Under the pieces are notes generated by a model. That model was not told the DNA's origin and did not search any database. It saw only the letters and a list, made by a program, of their open reading frames with translations. Positions 12,854-22,367 of a DNA stretch of 64,000 nt are shown piece after piece. The stretch lies in assembly GCA_963775425.1 (NCBI GenBank), contig CAVZJB010000014.1, forward strand, positions 128,001-192,000, in the 5' to 3' direction. Within the stretch, counting starts at the first letter, position 1. Every line of letters starts with the position of its first letter. The stretch comes from an uncultured delta proteobacterium. GTDB lineage: Bacteria; Myxococcota; UBA727; VGSZ01. A program made the position numbers and the translations under genes.

Positions 12854-12888
12854 CGCTAAGGTCCGTGAGCACAACGCGGAGGACGACC

Positions 12889-13137
12889 ATGGCCGATCAG
12901 AAGTGGCAAGCGTGGGTCTGGGTGAAGTGGAAGCCGCAGGCGCCGTCGAACGCCTGGGAGACCTGGAAGGACAACAAGCAGATCGTCGGCGCGTGGTCGA
13001 CGATGGGCGAGTGGGACTCCTGCTTCTGGCTCGACGTGCAGACGCCCGCCGACCTCGAGGAGTTCGTCTGGAAGAACATCCGCAGCAACCAGTGGGTGGA
13101 GCACACGTCGACGACGTGGGCCAAGCGCTGGTGGTGA
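12889..13137 (+). CDS. 82-aa Trp-rich protein, possibly Lrp/AsnC ligand-binding-domain-like
   Basis: GGAGGA RBS; AWSTMGEWD resembles the AsnC xxxTGxxD motif; 14 Trp. Confidence 0.75.
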   Translation: MADQKWQAWVWVKWKPQAPSNAWETWKDNKQIVGAWSTMGEWDSCFWLDVQTPADLEEFVWKNIRSNQWVEHTSTTWAKRWW

Positions 13138-13168
13138 CCCGCGGGCGCCGCGCGCGCGCCCGCCGCCG

Positions 13169-13582
13169 TCAGTTGTCCTGAGCGCCGTCGGCGATCCACT
13201 GCTCGATGGCGTCGCGGACGTTCTGCGGCAGGAGCTCTCCACCCTGCGGCATCGACTGCGAGTTGCCGAACGGCCCGTTGATCACGTGGAACAGCACGCT
13301 GCTGTCCGGGTCACCGGGCACCACGCGCTTCATCCCCGGGTTGTCGACGCTGTCGACGTTCACGAGCGTCCCGAACGGGTCGCCGACGAGGTCGAGCCCG
13401 TCCGCGGGCCCCGGACCGCCGTGACAGACGCTGGCGCTGCAGCTCACGCTGAACACCTTCTCGTGGAGGTCGGTGAGCGTGGGCTGCAGGGCCTCTCCCT
13501 CACCCTCTCCCTCGCCGCCGTCGCACGCGGCGAAGGCGCCGGCGACGCCGAGGGCCGCGAGCAGGAACACCACGCGGGTCAT
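13169..13582 (-). CDS. Lipoprotein with an atypical CxxxxCH putative heme-c domain
   Basis: Lipobox AAC; CSASVCH; RVVPGDPDSS, SMP and IEQWIADGA resemble Planctomycete-type cytochrome c domains. Confidence 0.7.
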   Translation of the reverse strand: MTRVVFLLAALGVAGAFAACDGGEGEGEGEALQPTLTDLHEKVFSVSCSASVCHGGPGPADGLDLVGDPFGTLVNVDSVDNPGMKRVVPGDPDSSVLFHVINGPFGNSQSMPQGGELLPQNVRDAIEQWIADGAQDN

Positions 13583-14073
13583 TCGCCCTCTCCTTCGCCT
13601 TCGCCCTCGCCCTCTCCTTCGCCCTCGCCTTCACCCTCTCCCTCGCCCTCGCCGGAGCAGGCGGCCGGGACGCAGCCCTTCTGGCTGTTGGGGTCGGCGG
13701 GGTCTCCCTCGCAGACGGCGTCGTCGCCGCAGTCCTCATCGCGGGAGCACGGACCGGTGCACATGGCGAGGTCTGTGTCGACCTGGTCGACGGTGCAGAA
13801 CAGGGAGTGGATATCGGCGTTCCCGTTGCACTCGCCGCCGCCCTTGGTGCACGGCTTGCCGACGCCGATGTTGTTGCCGCACCTGGGCAAGCACGGATCG
13901 CTCGGCGCGGGGAGGCCGAGCACCTCGTCACAGGGCTTGCACGCGCCGCTGTCACACAATTGCTCGGCGCCGCAATCGCCGTCCACGGTGCACTCCGCTT
14001 GCGGCTGATCGGCCGCAGGGGGGCACGCGGAGACGACGACGAGGAGCAGCGCGACGACGGTGAGGCGAGTCAT
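13579..14073 (-). CDS. Cys-rich lipoprotein ending in a (GE)n repeat
   Basis: Lipobox VSAC; many Cys; ATGA overlaps on both sides. Confidence 0.8.
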   Translation of the reverse strand: MTRLTVVALLLVVVSACPPAADQPQAECTVDGDCGAEQLCDSGACKPCDEVLGLPAPSDPCLPRCGNNIGVGKPCTKGGGECNGNADIHSLFCTVDQVDTDLAMCTGPCSRDEDCGDDAVCEGDPADPNSQKGCVPAACSGEGEGEGEGEGEGEGEGEGEGEGE

Positions 14074-15014
14074 GAACCGCAGTTGATGAAGCCCTCGGGG
14101 AGGGCGGGGTAGTACACGAGGATGGCGTCGCACATCTCGTCGGGGAACGCGAGCGGCGAGCCGGTGTCGTTCACCCAATCACAGGTGACCTGCAGCGTGT
14201 CACCCTGATGGAACGTGAGCGGGTTCGACATGTCGAACTGGGTCACCGGCGGCGCGTCGCGATCGCTGCCGTTCCAGTTGGCCACGTCATAGATGGGGGT
14301 GACGTCGCCCGTCGGCGAGAGCCCCTCGATGGTGACGTGCTTGCCCCACTCGTGCATGTGGCCCGCGACCGCGGAGAACGTGAAGTCCTGGTCCAGGGTG
14401 CAGGCGGTGGTGTGCGTGTAGTGCTCGTTGTTCGCGGGGATCTCGAAGGACCCGTCGTTGATGACGAAGTACTGGGCTTCGATCCGCTGCTCACCGTCCT
14501 GGACATAGATGAAGTTGGCGACGTCGCGGACCAGGATGGGCTCGGGGTTGATGTTGACGTAGTGCGACTGCATCACCAGCGTGGTCCCGGCGGGGAGGCG
14601 AACCGCGAGCTGATCATTGAGGAGGTTGACCGTGCCTTCCTTGTTCTGCTGGTTGGGCGTCATGAACGGCTCGACGCTGGCCATGGCCTCGGAGCTGGTG
14701 CAGTCGAAGAGGTCGCCGGGCTGGCGCGGAATGATGCTCCGCATCGCGAGCATGTGGTGCCCGTTGCTGCCCTGGTAGGTCTCGACGCGATCGACCAGGT
14801 GCTCTTCGGTGGCAGTGAAGTCGGGCACCCAGCACCACATCTGATCGCCGCCGCCGGGGATCGTGATCTCCGGCCCGACGAGCTGGAAGCCGTCGCCCGG
14901 CGCCGGCGCGTCCGGGAGCGGGACGCGCTCGTCGATGGTGTCCGGCGGGGGGGGCGCGCCCTCGACGCACGCGACCGCGAACGCGAGGGGCAGAACGAGC
15001 ACGACAGCGCGCAT
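14070..15014 (-). CDS. Copper type II (PHM/DBH-like) monooxygenase lipoprotein
   Basis: Lipobox AVAC; candidate Cu ligands NGHHM, QSHY, GHMH and DEMC. Confidence 0.82.
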   Translation of the reverse strand: MRAVVLVLPLAFAVACVEGAPPPPDTIDERVPLPDAPAPGDGFQLVGPEITIPGGGDQMWCWVPDFTATEEHLVDRVETYQGSNGHHMLAMRSIIPRQPGDLFDCTSSEAMASVEPFMTPNQQNKEGTVNLLNDQLAVRLPAGTTLVMQSHYVNINPEPILVRDVANFIYVQDGEQRIEAQYFVINDGSFEIPANNEHYTHTTACTLDQDFTFSAVAGHMHEWGKHVTIEGLSPTGDVTPIYDVANWNGSDRDAPPVTQFDMSNPLTFHQGDTLQVTCDWVNDTGSPLAFPDEMCDAILVYYPALPEGFINCGS

Positions 15015-15092
15015 GTGGATCCTCCGCAAAGAAGCGGCAGCATCCCTCATGGACGCGTTGATGCAAGGGCCGATTCCGGTCCCCGGTGACCG

Positions 15093-16289
15093 TTACTTCA
15101 GCTTCAACCAACGCTTGGGGTTGTCGACGTAGACCTTGTGCAAGATCTCGGGAGAGATCCCGAGGCCCGCGTAGCGCCCGTCGCCGTCACGGCCCTTCTG
15201 GTAGTACTTCGAGAACGCGGCGGCGAGGTCGGTGGTGAAGGTGGTCTTCTCGAGGTCGTCGCGGGTGGTGGCGATGACCTTCTCGTACCAGCCCGGTGTC
15301 TTTTCGTGGTTGCCGGTGATGACGCTGTCGGTGCCCCAGCAGATCTGATCCTGGAACTCCGTGAAGAACGCGCGGAACTTGTCGAGCTCGGGCTCCATGG
15401 CCGCCATGCCGTCGGTGAGGATCTGGCGCGTGCCGAGGCTGGTGTCCGTGTAGATGTTCTTGTGGGTGCGCAGGATCGCCTCGAAGCGCTCCATGTTGCC
15501 GTCGTTGGGCCGCCAGAAGGTGACGCCGTAGTGCGGCACGAGCAGGTTCATCTTGCCGTGCTTCTTCATGACCCGCTCGAACTCATCCATGTATTTCCCG
15601 AGGTGGACGTGCCACAGCACGGGCAACTGCGTCTGCTCGAGGTAGCTGTAGATCGGGTCCATGTCGGCGGCGTCGAGTGGCCCGTCGTAGAAATTCGAGT
15701 GGCCCGAGTAGAGCTTCAGGCCCTTGCAGCCCATGGCCACGTGCTTCTTGAGCCGCTCGAGCTTGTCCGGATCCTTGGGGTCGAGAGTGCAGAACGGGAC
15801 GATCTCGCCGGGGTACTTCTTGGCGGCGTCGAGCACGACGTTCTCGAAGTTCTTCGACATGCTCGGCTCACCCTTCTGATCGCGCTTGCCCTCCAGCGTG
15901 AAGTTGGAGCTCGACAGGATGACGGTGGTGGCCACGCCCTGTTTGCGCGCCGCCGGGAGGTACTTGTCGAGGTCCTTCACCCGGTACAGGTGCTCGTGCA
16001 CGTTGATGGCGTTCGGGATGCGGGTGGTCTTGCCCGTCTGGAGCTCGATCTTGAGCGCGGCGTTCTCGGCCTTCAGCTCGTTCATCACCACGTCATCGTC
16101 GACGGGCTTGGGGCGGGGCAGGTCGGGGTGTCCGTCGGCGTCGTTGTCGTCGTCGTCGCGCTCCTTCCTGGGCGCCTTCTTCTTCTTTTTCTTCTTCTCC
16201 GACGCGGACTTGGAGTCCGTGTGCTGCGGGCAGCCCACGGTGATGGCGACGGTGGACGCGAGGAAGGCGAACAGGAGCGCACGGATCAT
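15093..16289 (-). CDS. Amidohydrolase-2 family lipoprotein
   Basis: INVHEH, GLKLY, LWHV, VPHYG, YTDTS and WGTDS motifs; lipobox; poly-Lys N-terminal segment. Confidence 0.82.
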   Translation of the reverse strand: MIRALLFAFLASTVAITVGCPQHTDSKSASEKKKKKKKAPRKERDDDDNDADGHPDLPRPKPVDDDVVMNELKAENAALKIELQTGKTTRIPNAINVHEHLYRVKDLDKYLPAARKQGVATTVILSSSNFTLEGKRDQKGEPSMSKNFENVVLDAAKKYPGEIVPFCTLDPKDPDKLERLKKHVAMGCKGLKLYSGHSNFYDGPLDAADMDPIYSYLEQTQLPVLWHVHLGKYMDEFERVMKKHGKMNLLVPHYGVTFWRPNDGNMERFEAILRTHKNIYTDTSLGTRQILTDGMAAMEPELDKFRAFFTEFQDQICWGTDSVITGNHEKTPGWYEKVIATTRDDLEKTTFTTDLAAAFSKYYQKGRDGDGRYAGLGISPEILHKVYVDNPKRWLKLK

Positions 16290-16456
16290 TCCCCCCCTTT
16301 AGCGGCCGCGCCCCGCGGTGCCAACGCGAGCGGGTGAGGCGCCGCCGCCCCATCCTCCATCGAGCGTAGAACCGATCCCGGACGCGTCAGGACGCGGTCT
16401 CCCCGTACGGTGACCCGGTCGTCTGGGTTCTTCGAGAGCCCAAGCCCGGGGAGCCC

Positions 16457-17770
16457 ATGCGCGTCGCCGTCTTGTTCGGTCTGCCTCTCGTCGCCGCCGT
16501 CCCCCTGTTTGTCGCGGGCTGCCCGGCGGCGCTCCAGGACGAGGGCGCGCCCATCGACACCCGCGACAACGTCCTCGAGCAGGGCATGGTGGACTGCACC
16601 GAGTCGCAGGACACCGGCTACTCCCACGGCAACGCCTTCCCCATCACCGTCGTCACGGTCGACGGGAAGCCCCTCGAGGTGGCCACGGCCAACGCCTACG
16701 TCGTCATGCAGGCCGCGGCCGCCGCCGACGGCGTCGCGCTCCGCGTGGTCAGCGGCTTTCGCACCATGGCGGAGCAGCAGTACCTCTACGGCTGCTACGT
16801 CAACTGCAACTGCAACTCGTGCAACCTCGCGGCGGTGCCGGGCACCTCGAACCACCAGAGCGGCCACGCCCTCGACCTCAACACCGCCGACGGCGGCGTG
16901 CTCGACTGGCTGAACGCCCACGGGGCGGCGTTCGGCTTCGCGCGCACCGTGCCGTCCGAGGTGTGGCACTGGGAGTGGTGGGGCGGCGGCCCCGGCGGCG
17001 GCCCCTGCGGCGCCGATCAGGTGTGCCTGGACAACCCCGACACCGGCGGCTGCGACGGCACCGTCGTCACCCGCTGCGACGAGGACCACCACCTCGGCAG
17101 CGGGGACTGCGGCGTGTTCGGCGCCGGCTGCTCCACCGAGGGCGGCGCGCCGCACTGCGTGCACCCGCTCTGCCTCATCCACCTCGACGGCGGCGAAGAC
17201 GGCAGCTTCTGCACCGACGAGACCAGGATCGGCACGTGCGCCCTCGGGCAGTACAGCGAGGGCGACTGCGGCGCGTACGGCGGGCGGTGCTCCGAGACCG
17301 GCGGCGCCCACTGCGTGCACTACATGTGCTGGTCGAACCTCGACGGCGCCGAGGACGGCGCCTTCTGCAAGGACGCGGCGACGCTCGGCACCTGCACGCT
17401 CGGCGCCTACGTCGAGACCGCCTGCGACGCGGGCTGCGTCGACGACGGCGGCGCCCACTGCGCCGGCGCCCCGCCCCCCGCCCCGGCCGCCGACAATCCG
17501 CCCGCCGCCGATCCGCCCGCCGACGACGGCGTGAGCGCCGGCGACCCGGGCCCCGATGCGGCTGCGCACGCCGGCGAGGTGCCGCCCGGCGCCGACGAGG
17601 CCGACCCGAACGCGGGCGCGACGCCGGCGCGGTTGCCGCCGAGCGTCGACGACGGCGGCTGCGCTTCCACGAGGAGCGCGCCCGAGGCGCTCGGCCTCCT
17701 GGCGCTCGCCGTGGTGCGCGCCCGCAGGAGACGCAGGGCGGGTCCCCCGCATCGGAGACAAACACCATGA
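16457..17770 (+). CDS. M15 (VanY-like D,D-carboxypeptidase family) peptidase with Cys-rich repeats and MYXO-CTERM-like tail
   Basis: SGFRT, SNHQSGHALD (SxHxxGxAxD) and EVWHW (ExWH). Confidence 0.88.
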   Translation: MRVAVLFGLPLVAAVPLFVAGCPAALQDEGAPIDTRDNVLEQGMVDCTESQDTGYSHGNAFPITVVTVDGKPLEVATANAYVVMQAAAAADGVALRVVSGFRTMAEQQYLYGCYVNCNCNSCNLAAVPGTSNHQSGHALDLNTADGGVLDWLNAHGAAFGFARTVPSEVWHWEWWGGGPGGGPCGADQVCLDNPDTGGCDGTVVTRCDEDHHLGSGDCGVFGAGCSTEGGAPHCVHPLCLIHLDGGEDGSFCTDETRIGTCALGQYSEGDCGAYGGRCSETGGAHCVHYMCWSNLDGAEDGAFCKDAATLGTCTLGAYVETACDAGCVDDGGAHCAGAPPPAPAADNPPAADPPADDGVSAGDPGPDAAAHAGEVPPGADEADPNAGATPARLPPSVDDGGCASTRSAPEALGLLALAVVRARRRRRAGPPHRRQTP

Positions 17771-19899
17771 AGGTCTCGAAGGCCGCGCGGCCGGCGCTGC
17801 TCGTCGGCGCCGCGCTCTTGTCCGTCGTCGTCACCAACGCCTGCGCCAACGACGTCGGCGCCGATGAGGACGAGCCGTTCGACGACCGCGCAAACGAGCT
17901 CGAGCAGGGCATCTACGACTGCACCGAGAGCGCCGCGACGGGCTACCGGAGCGGCAGCTCGTTCCCGATCACCGTCGTGCACGTCGACGCCAAGCCCGTG
18001 CAGGTGGACACGGCGAACGCGTACGTGGCGATGCAGGCGAAGGCCAAGCGCGCCGGCATCAACCTGCGCATCGTGAGCGGCTTTCGCTCCATGGCGGAGC
18101 AGCAGCACCTCTACAACTGCTACCTCACCGGGAGCTGCAACGGCGGCAACCTCGCCGCGCGGCCCGGCTACAGCAACCACCAAAGCGGCCACGCGCTCGA
18201 CCTCAACACGAGCGACGCCGGCGTCTACTCGTGGCTGTCCAACCACGCCCACGAATTCGGCTTCGCGCGCACGGTGCCGTCGGAGATCTGGCACTGGGAG
18301 TGGTGGGGCGACCGCGCCGAGCTCGACGGGCCCTGCGGCGTGCCGCAGATCCCCCACGAGTGCCGGACCGGCAACTACGACGGCGCCTATTGTGACGACG
18401 ACGGCAAGGCCGACGAGCAGAGCCACGATCACCTGCACGACGACCTCGGCGTCAACTTCCACTGCGGCGCCATGGGCGGAAACCCCGCCTTCTGCGGCCA
18501 CGACGACGCCTCACGCGCCAACTCCATGTACGTGCTGGGCGCGGCCGCGCACATCCCGCTGTCCGGCCACCCCGACGCGTTCGTCGACGACGACGGCAAC
18601 GCGCGCGAGCGCTATCTGAACGCGGCCAAGGACTACGGCATCCTGCTCGGCTACAGCGGCAGGCGCGTGAAGCCGAGCACCATCGCCACGCGCAACACCT
18701 TGGCGACGATGTTGGTGCGCATGTACAAGCTGCCCGCCGCCAGCCACGACTACTTCTACGACGACGACGGCGACGCCAGCGAAGCCACGCACAACAAGGT
18801 CGCCGCCGCGGGGCTCATCACCGGCTACGCCGACGCGCACCACACGCGCCGCTCGTTCAAGGGCACGAGCAAGGCCACGCGCGACACGCTCGCGACCATC
18901 GCGTGGCGCGCGCACCAGCGGGGCCTCGTGCCCGTCTGGGACATCCCCGACGCGTGCTTGCGCGGCGCGTTCGACGGCACCTTCTGCGACGACGACGGCA
19001 CGAGCACCGAGGCGAGCATCGAGCGCCTCGTCGGCGACCTCGGCGTGAGCTGGCACTGCCGGGACCTCGCCGGCCACCCGGCGTTCTGCCCGAGGATGGA
19101 GGCGTCGCGCGCCGACGCGATGTACGCGCTCGGCGCGGCGGCGGGCATCCCGCTCGGCGGCGACCCGGACGGCTTCCGCGACGACGACGGCCACCCGCGC
19201 GAGGCCTACCTCGACGCCGCCAAGGCGTGGGGCGTTCTCTACGGGTACAACGGCGGCCGCGACGTGAAGCCCGACAACGTCGCCACGCGCAACACGCTCG
19301 CGGTGATGCTCGTGCGCATGTACGCGCTGCCGGCGCCGCCGCCGGGGACGCCCGACGCGTTCAGCGACGACAACGGCACGAGCGGAGAGGCCGCGCACAA
19401 CAAGGTCGCGTACGCGGGGCTGTTCACCGGCTACGACGACGGACACGGCGGCCGCGAATTCCGCGGGTCCGGCTCGGCCACGCGCGGCACGCTCGCCATC
19501 CTGGCGGCGCGCGCGGCGGACGCGGGGCTCGTCCCGGTGTGGGCGCAACAGAGCATCGCGCCGTCGCCGGTCCCCGGCGACGACCCGGCCGCGGGCGGAG
19601 ACGCGCCCGGCACGGACAGCGGCGACCCCGCCGCAGCCGGCGACGACCCCGCGCCCGGCGTCGGCCCCACCGACGACGACCTCGTCGACGACGGCGCAAC
19701 TGGCCTCGACGGGGGCGGCCTCGACGGGGGCCGCCTCGGCGGCGGCGCGCTCGAGGCGCCGCCCGAGGGCCTCGGCGCTCCCCCGCGCCGGCCCGCGGTG
19801 TCCGCCGGCTGCACCGCGGTCACCGTCGACGTCGGCGGCGCCCACGCCGCGCTGCTCGCGCTCCTCGCGCTTCTCCGCCGCCGGCGCACCTGTCGCTGA
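17767..19899 (+). CDS. M15 peptidase paralog with duplicated SLH-like modules and MYXO-CTERM-like tail
   Basis: SGFRS, SNHQSGHALD, EIWHW; repeated ATRNTLAxMLVRMY and AGLxTGY motifs; GCTAV, hydrophobic stretch and RRRR. Confidence 0.85.
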   Translation: MKVSKAARPALLVGAALLSVVVTNACANDVGADEDEPFDDRANELEQGIYDCTESAATGYRSGSSFPITVVHVDAKPVQVDTANAYVAMQAKAKRAGINLRIVSGFRSMAEQQHLYNCYLTGSCNGGNLAARPGYSNHQSGHALDLNTSDAGVYSWLSNHAHEFGFARTVPSEIWHWEWWGDRAELDGPCGVPQIPHECRTGNYDGAYCDDDGKADEQSHDHLHDDLGVNFHCGAMGGNPAFCGHDDASRANSMYVLGAAAHIPLSGHPDAFVDDDGNARERYLNAAKDYGILLGYSGRRVKPSTIATRNTLATMLVRMYKLPAASHDYFYDDDGDASEATHNKVAAAGLITGYADAHHTRRSFKGTSKATRDTLATIAWRAHQRGLVPVWDIPDACLRGAFDGTFCDDDGTSTEASIERLVGDLGVSWHCRDLAGHPAFCPRMEASRADAMYALGAAAGIPLGGDPDGFRDDDGHPREAYLDAAKAWGVLYGYNGGRDVKPDNVATRNTLAVMLVRMYALPAPPPGTPDAFSDDNGTSGEAAHNKVAYAGLFTGYDDGHGGREFRGSGSATRGTLAILAARAADAGLVPVWAQQSIAPSPVPGDDPAAGGDAPGTDSGDPAAAGDDPAPGVGPTDDDLVDDGATGLDGGGLDGGRLGGGALEAPPEGLGAPPRRPAVSAGCTAVTVDVGGAHAALLALLALLRRRRTCR

Positions 19900-20109
19900 C
19901 GCGCGCGTGTCTGCGGCACGCGTTTGACCTCGGTCACGCGTGCCGCGGCGTCACGTTCCAACGGAACGCGGCGGCGCCTCGCGTTCCGCGCGCCGCGCGG
20001 CCGCGGATCGTCGCTGCGCCCCGGCGCCATGCGACGGGAGCAGAACCGGGCGCGCGGGGCCGGACCGGGATCGGTTCCTGCGAAAGGGGTCGCCACCAGG
20101 AGGTGACCC

Positions 20110-20478
20110 ATGAAGCGACTCGCCATTTGCGCGAGCTTCGCGCTCCTCGCCGCGGCGTGCCCGTCGACGTCCGCGAGCGAGTGCCAGAACAACGAACAGT
20201 GCTTCCCCGCCCGCTGCGTCATCGTCGACCAGATCGGCCACTGCGAAGGCAACGCCGTCCCCGGCGGTGAAGGCGAAGGCGAAGGCGAAGGCGCCGTCGT
20301 CGTCGCCGGCGAAGGCGAGGGCGAAGGCGAGGGCGAAGGCGAGGGCGAAGGCGAGGGCGAGGGCGAGGTCGACACGACCTTGCACTTCTCCCGCGGCGCC
20401 TTCGTCGGCGGCGAGCGCACCCAGCAGAGCCAGAGCTTCACGCTGCGCGGCGCCCTCACGTCGTCGCGCCGTCCATGA
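20110..20478 (+). CDS. Small Cys-rich lipoprotein with (GE)n linker
   Basis: GGAGG RBS; lipobox AAAC; GE repeats. Confidence 0.75.
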   Translation: MKRLAICASFALLAAACPSTSASECQNNEQCFPARCVIVDQIGHCEGNAVPGGEGEGEGEGAVVVAGEGEGEGEGEGEGEGEGEGEVDTTLHFSRGAFVGGERTQQSQSFTLRGALTSSRRP

Positions 20479-20509
20479 CCCATCACGAACGATTCACAAG
20501 GAGACCATC

Positions 20510-21589
20510 ATGAAGACCCGCATCCACAACAGCATCCTCATCGCGACCCTTCTCTGCTCCGTGACGCCCGCGCTCGCGGCCGTCCCTGACGTCGTCACCT
20601 ACGCCGGCACGCTGCAACAGGGCAGCTCCCCGGCCAACGGGACGTTCAGCGCCGTGTTCGAGATCTTCGATGCGGAGACCGACGGCGCCCGCGTATTCAC
20701 GCAGGCCGAGCCCACGCTCGCGGTCACCGGCGGCGAGCTCGTCGTCGACCTCGGTGACGACCCGGCGAACCCGCTCAGCGACAATCTGCTCGCGAGCGGC
20801 GACCTGTTCCTCGCCATCACCATCAACGGGGAGGAGCTCTCGCCGCGCGTCCCCTTGTCGAGCGTGCCGTTCTCGCGCCGGGCGCAGGTCGCCGAGCGGG
20901 CCGAGGACGCCGACACCGTCGACGGCCTCAGCGCCGACGAGATCGCCGTGGCCGGCGCCGGGCTCACGAAGGCCGGCAACACCTTCTCGCTCGCTCCCGA
21001 CGGCGTCACCAGCGAGAACATCCTCGACGGCACGATTCAGTCGAACGACTTGTCCACGGGCGCGGTGACCAGCGCGGCCATCGCCGACCTGGCCATCACG
21101 GCGGGCGACATCAAGCCCGGCGCGATCGGGCACGACCAGCTCGGCTCGCAGTCGGTGGCGGCGAACAACCTCCAGAAGGACTCCGTGACGACCGTGCAGA
21201 TCGCGAACGGGCAGGTGCAGGAGGCGGACCTCGGCGTCGGCGCGGTGGGCAACACCAGGCTCGCGCCCAACGCCGTCACCAGCGACAAGATCGCGGACGG
21301 CTCGGTGCACACCGCGGACATCGGCGCCGCGCAGGTGACCGCGGCGAAGGTGTCGGGCCGGCCGGTGCTGCAGGAGCTGAACGTGTGCGGCGGCAACCTC
21401 CGCCCGATGATCTTCACCCTCACGGGCATCGCGCTGCCGCAGTTCTGCAACACCATCTCCTGCGGCACGCGCTCGACGTCGGTGGGCTCCCTCCCGACCT
21501 ACCTCAACTGTGACGGCACCTGCGGCGCCACGGTTCCGGCGACGTGCTCGGTGCCGACCACGTCGGTGGGCGTCCTCGTCACCAACTGA
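20510..21589 (+). CDS. Secreted protein with 10-aa VTSxKIADG-type repeats (fibre/adhesin-like) and Cys-rich C-terminus
   Basis: AAGGAG RBS; signal peptide; PRVPLSSVPF motif; repeats such as GVTSENILDG, AVTSAAIADL and AVTSDKIADG. Confidence 0.78.
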   Translation: MKTRIHNSILIATLLCSVTPALAAVPDVVTYAGTLQQGSSPANGTFSAVFEIFDAETDGARVFTQAEPTLAVTGGELVVDLGDDPANPLSDNLLASGDLFLAITINGEELSPRVPLSSVPFSRRAQVAERAEDADTVDGLSADEIAVAGAGLTKAGNTFSLAPDGVTSENILDGTIQSNDLSTGAVTSAAIADLAITAGDIKPGAIGHDQLGSQSVAANNLQKDSVTTVQIANGQVQEADLGVGAVGNTRLAPNAVTSDKIADGSVHTADIGAAQVTAAKVSGRPVLQELNVCGGNLRPMIFTLTGIALPQFCNTISCGTRSTSVGSLPTYLNCDGTCGATVPATCSVPTTSVGVLVTN

Positions 21590-21609
21590 GCACGGCGCGC
21601 GTGGCGCGC

Positions 21610-21650
21610 GGGCGCGGGGCCGGGCCTTTTCTGGGTCCGGCCCCGCGCTC
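21610..21650. terminator. GC-rich inverted repeat after the repeat-protein gene (possible terminator)
   Basis: GGGCGCGGGGCCGGGCC paired with GGTCCGGCCCCGCGCTC. Confidence 0.45.
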
Positions 21651-21672
21651 CTTCTTCGGGTACCATGCGCGC

Positions 21673-22350
21673 GTGCCTGCCCTCATCGCACTCGACATCG
21701 ACGGGACCCTCATCGACACACGGCCGAGCTTCACCCGCATCGTCAAGGAGCTCTCCGGCGCGCTCGACGACGAGATCAAGCGCTTTCGCGACACCGGCGG
21801 CTTCAACGACGACTGGGAGCTGTCGCGCGCCTGCAAGGCCTGGGTGCAAGCGGGCAAGCCCGAAGTCTTCGCCGGTCTCGTCGACGTCCACGACCTGGTG
21901 AAGCGGGTGGGCGCGCGCTTCGATCCCGGCGACCTCGCGCCGCAGGGCATGGGCCTGTACCGCGGCGGCTACTGGAAGGACGAGCGGCCCCTCGTGGAGG
22001 GCGCGGTGCTCGCCGCCATCGAGAAGCGCCACCGGGTGGCGAGCTGCACCGGCCGCGACCGCTGGGAGCTCGAGAAGGCAGAGCTGCTGCTCGGCTATCG
22101 CTTCGCGCACCGGACCACCATGGAAGACGTGCGCAAGCCCCACGCGGAGGCCCTGCTGCGCCTGGCGCGCGACGACGACGACGTCATCGTGCTCTTTGGT
22201 GACACCGCGGCCGATCGCATGTGCGCGGAGAACGCGCGCAAGGAGAGCGGCCGCGAGGTGGTCTTCGTCGAGGTGAGCCACGAGCACCTCGCCCGCCCCT
22301 ACCTCGAGGCCCTCGCCGCCGGCGCCGATCCGCGCGCGCTCGGCCGCTGA
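21673..22350 (+). CDS. HAD-superfamily hydrolase
   Basis: LDIDGTLID motif I, CTGR motif II, RKP motif III, FGDTAAD motif IV. Confidence 0.85.
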   Translation: MPALIALDIDGTLIDTRPSFTRIVKELSGALDDEIKRFRDTGGFNDDWELSRACKAWVQAGKPEVFAGLVDVHDLVKRVGARFDPGDLAPQGMGLYRGGYWKDERPLVEGAVLAAIEKRHRVASCTGRDRWELEKAELLLGYRFAHRTTMEDVRKPHAEALLRLARDDDDVIVLFGDTAADRMCAENARKESGREVVFVEVSHEHLARPYLEALAAGADPRALGR

Positions 22351-22367
22351 GCTCGCGCCACGGGCGC

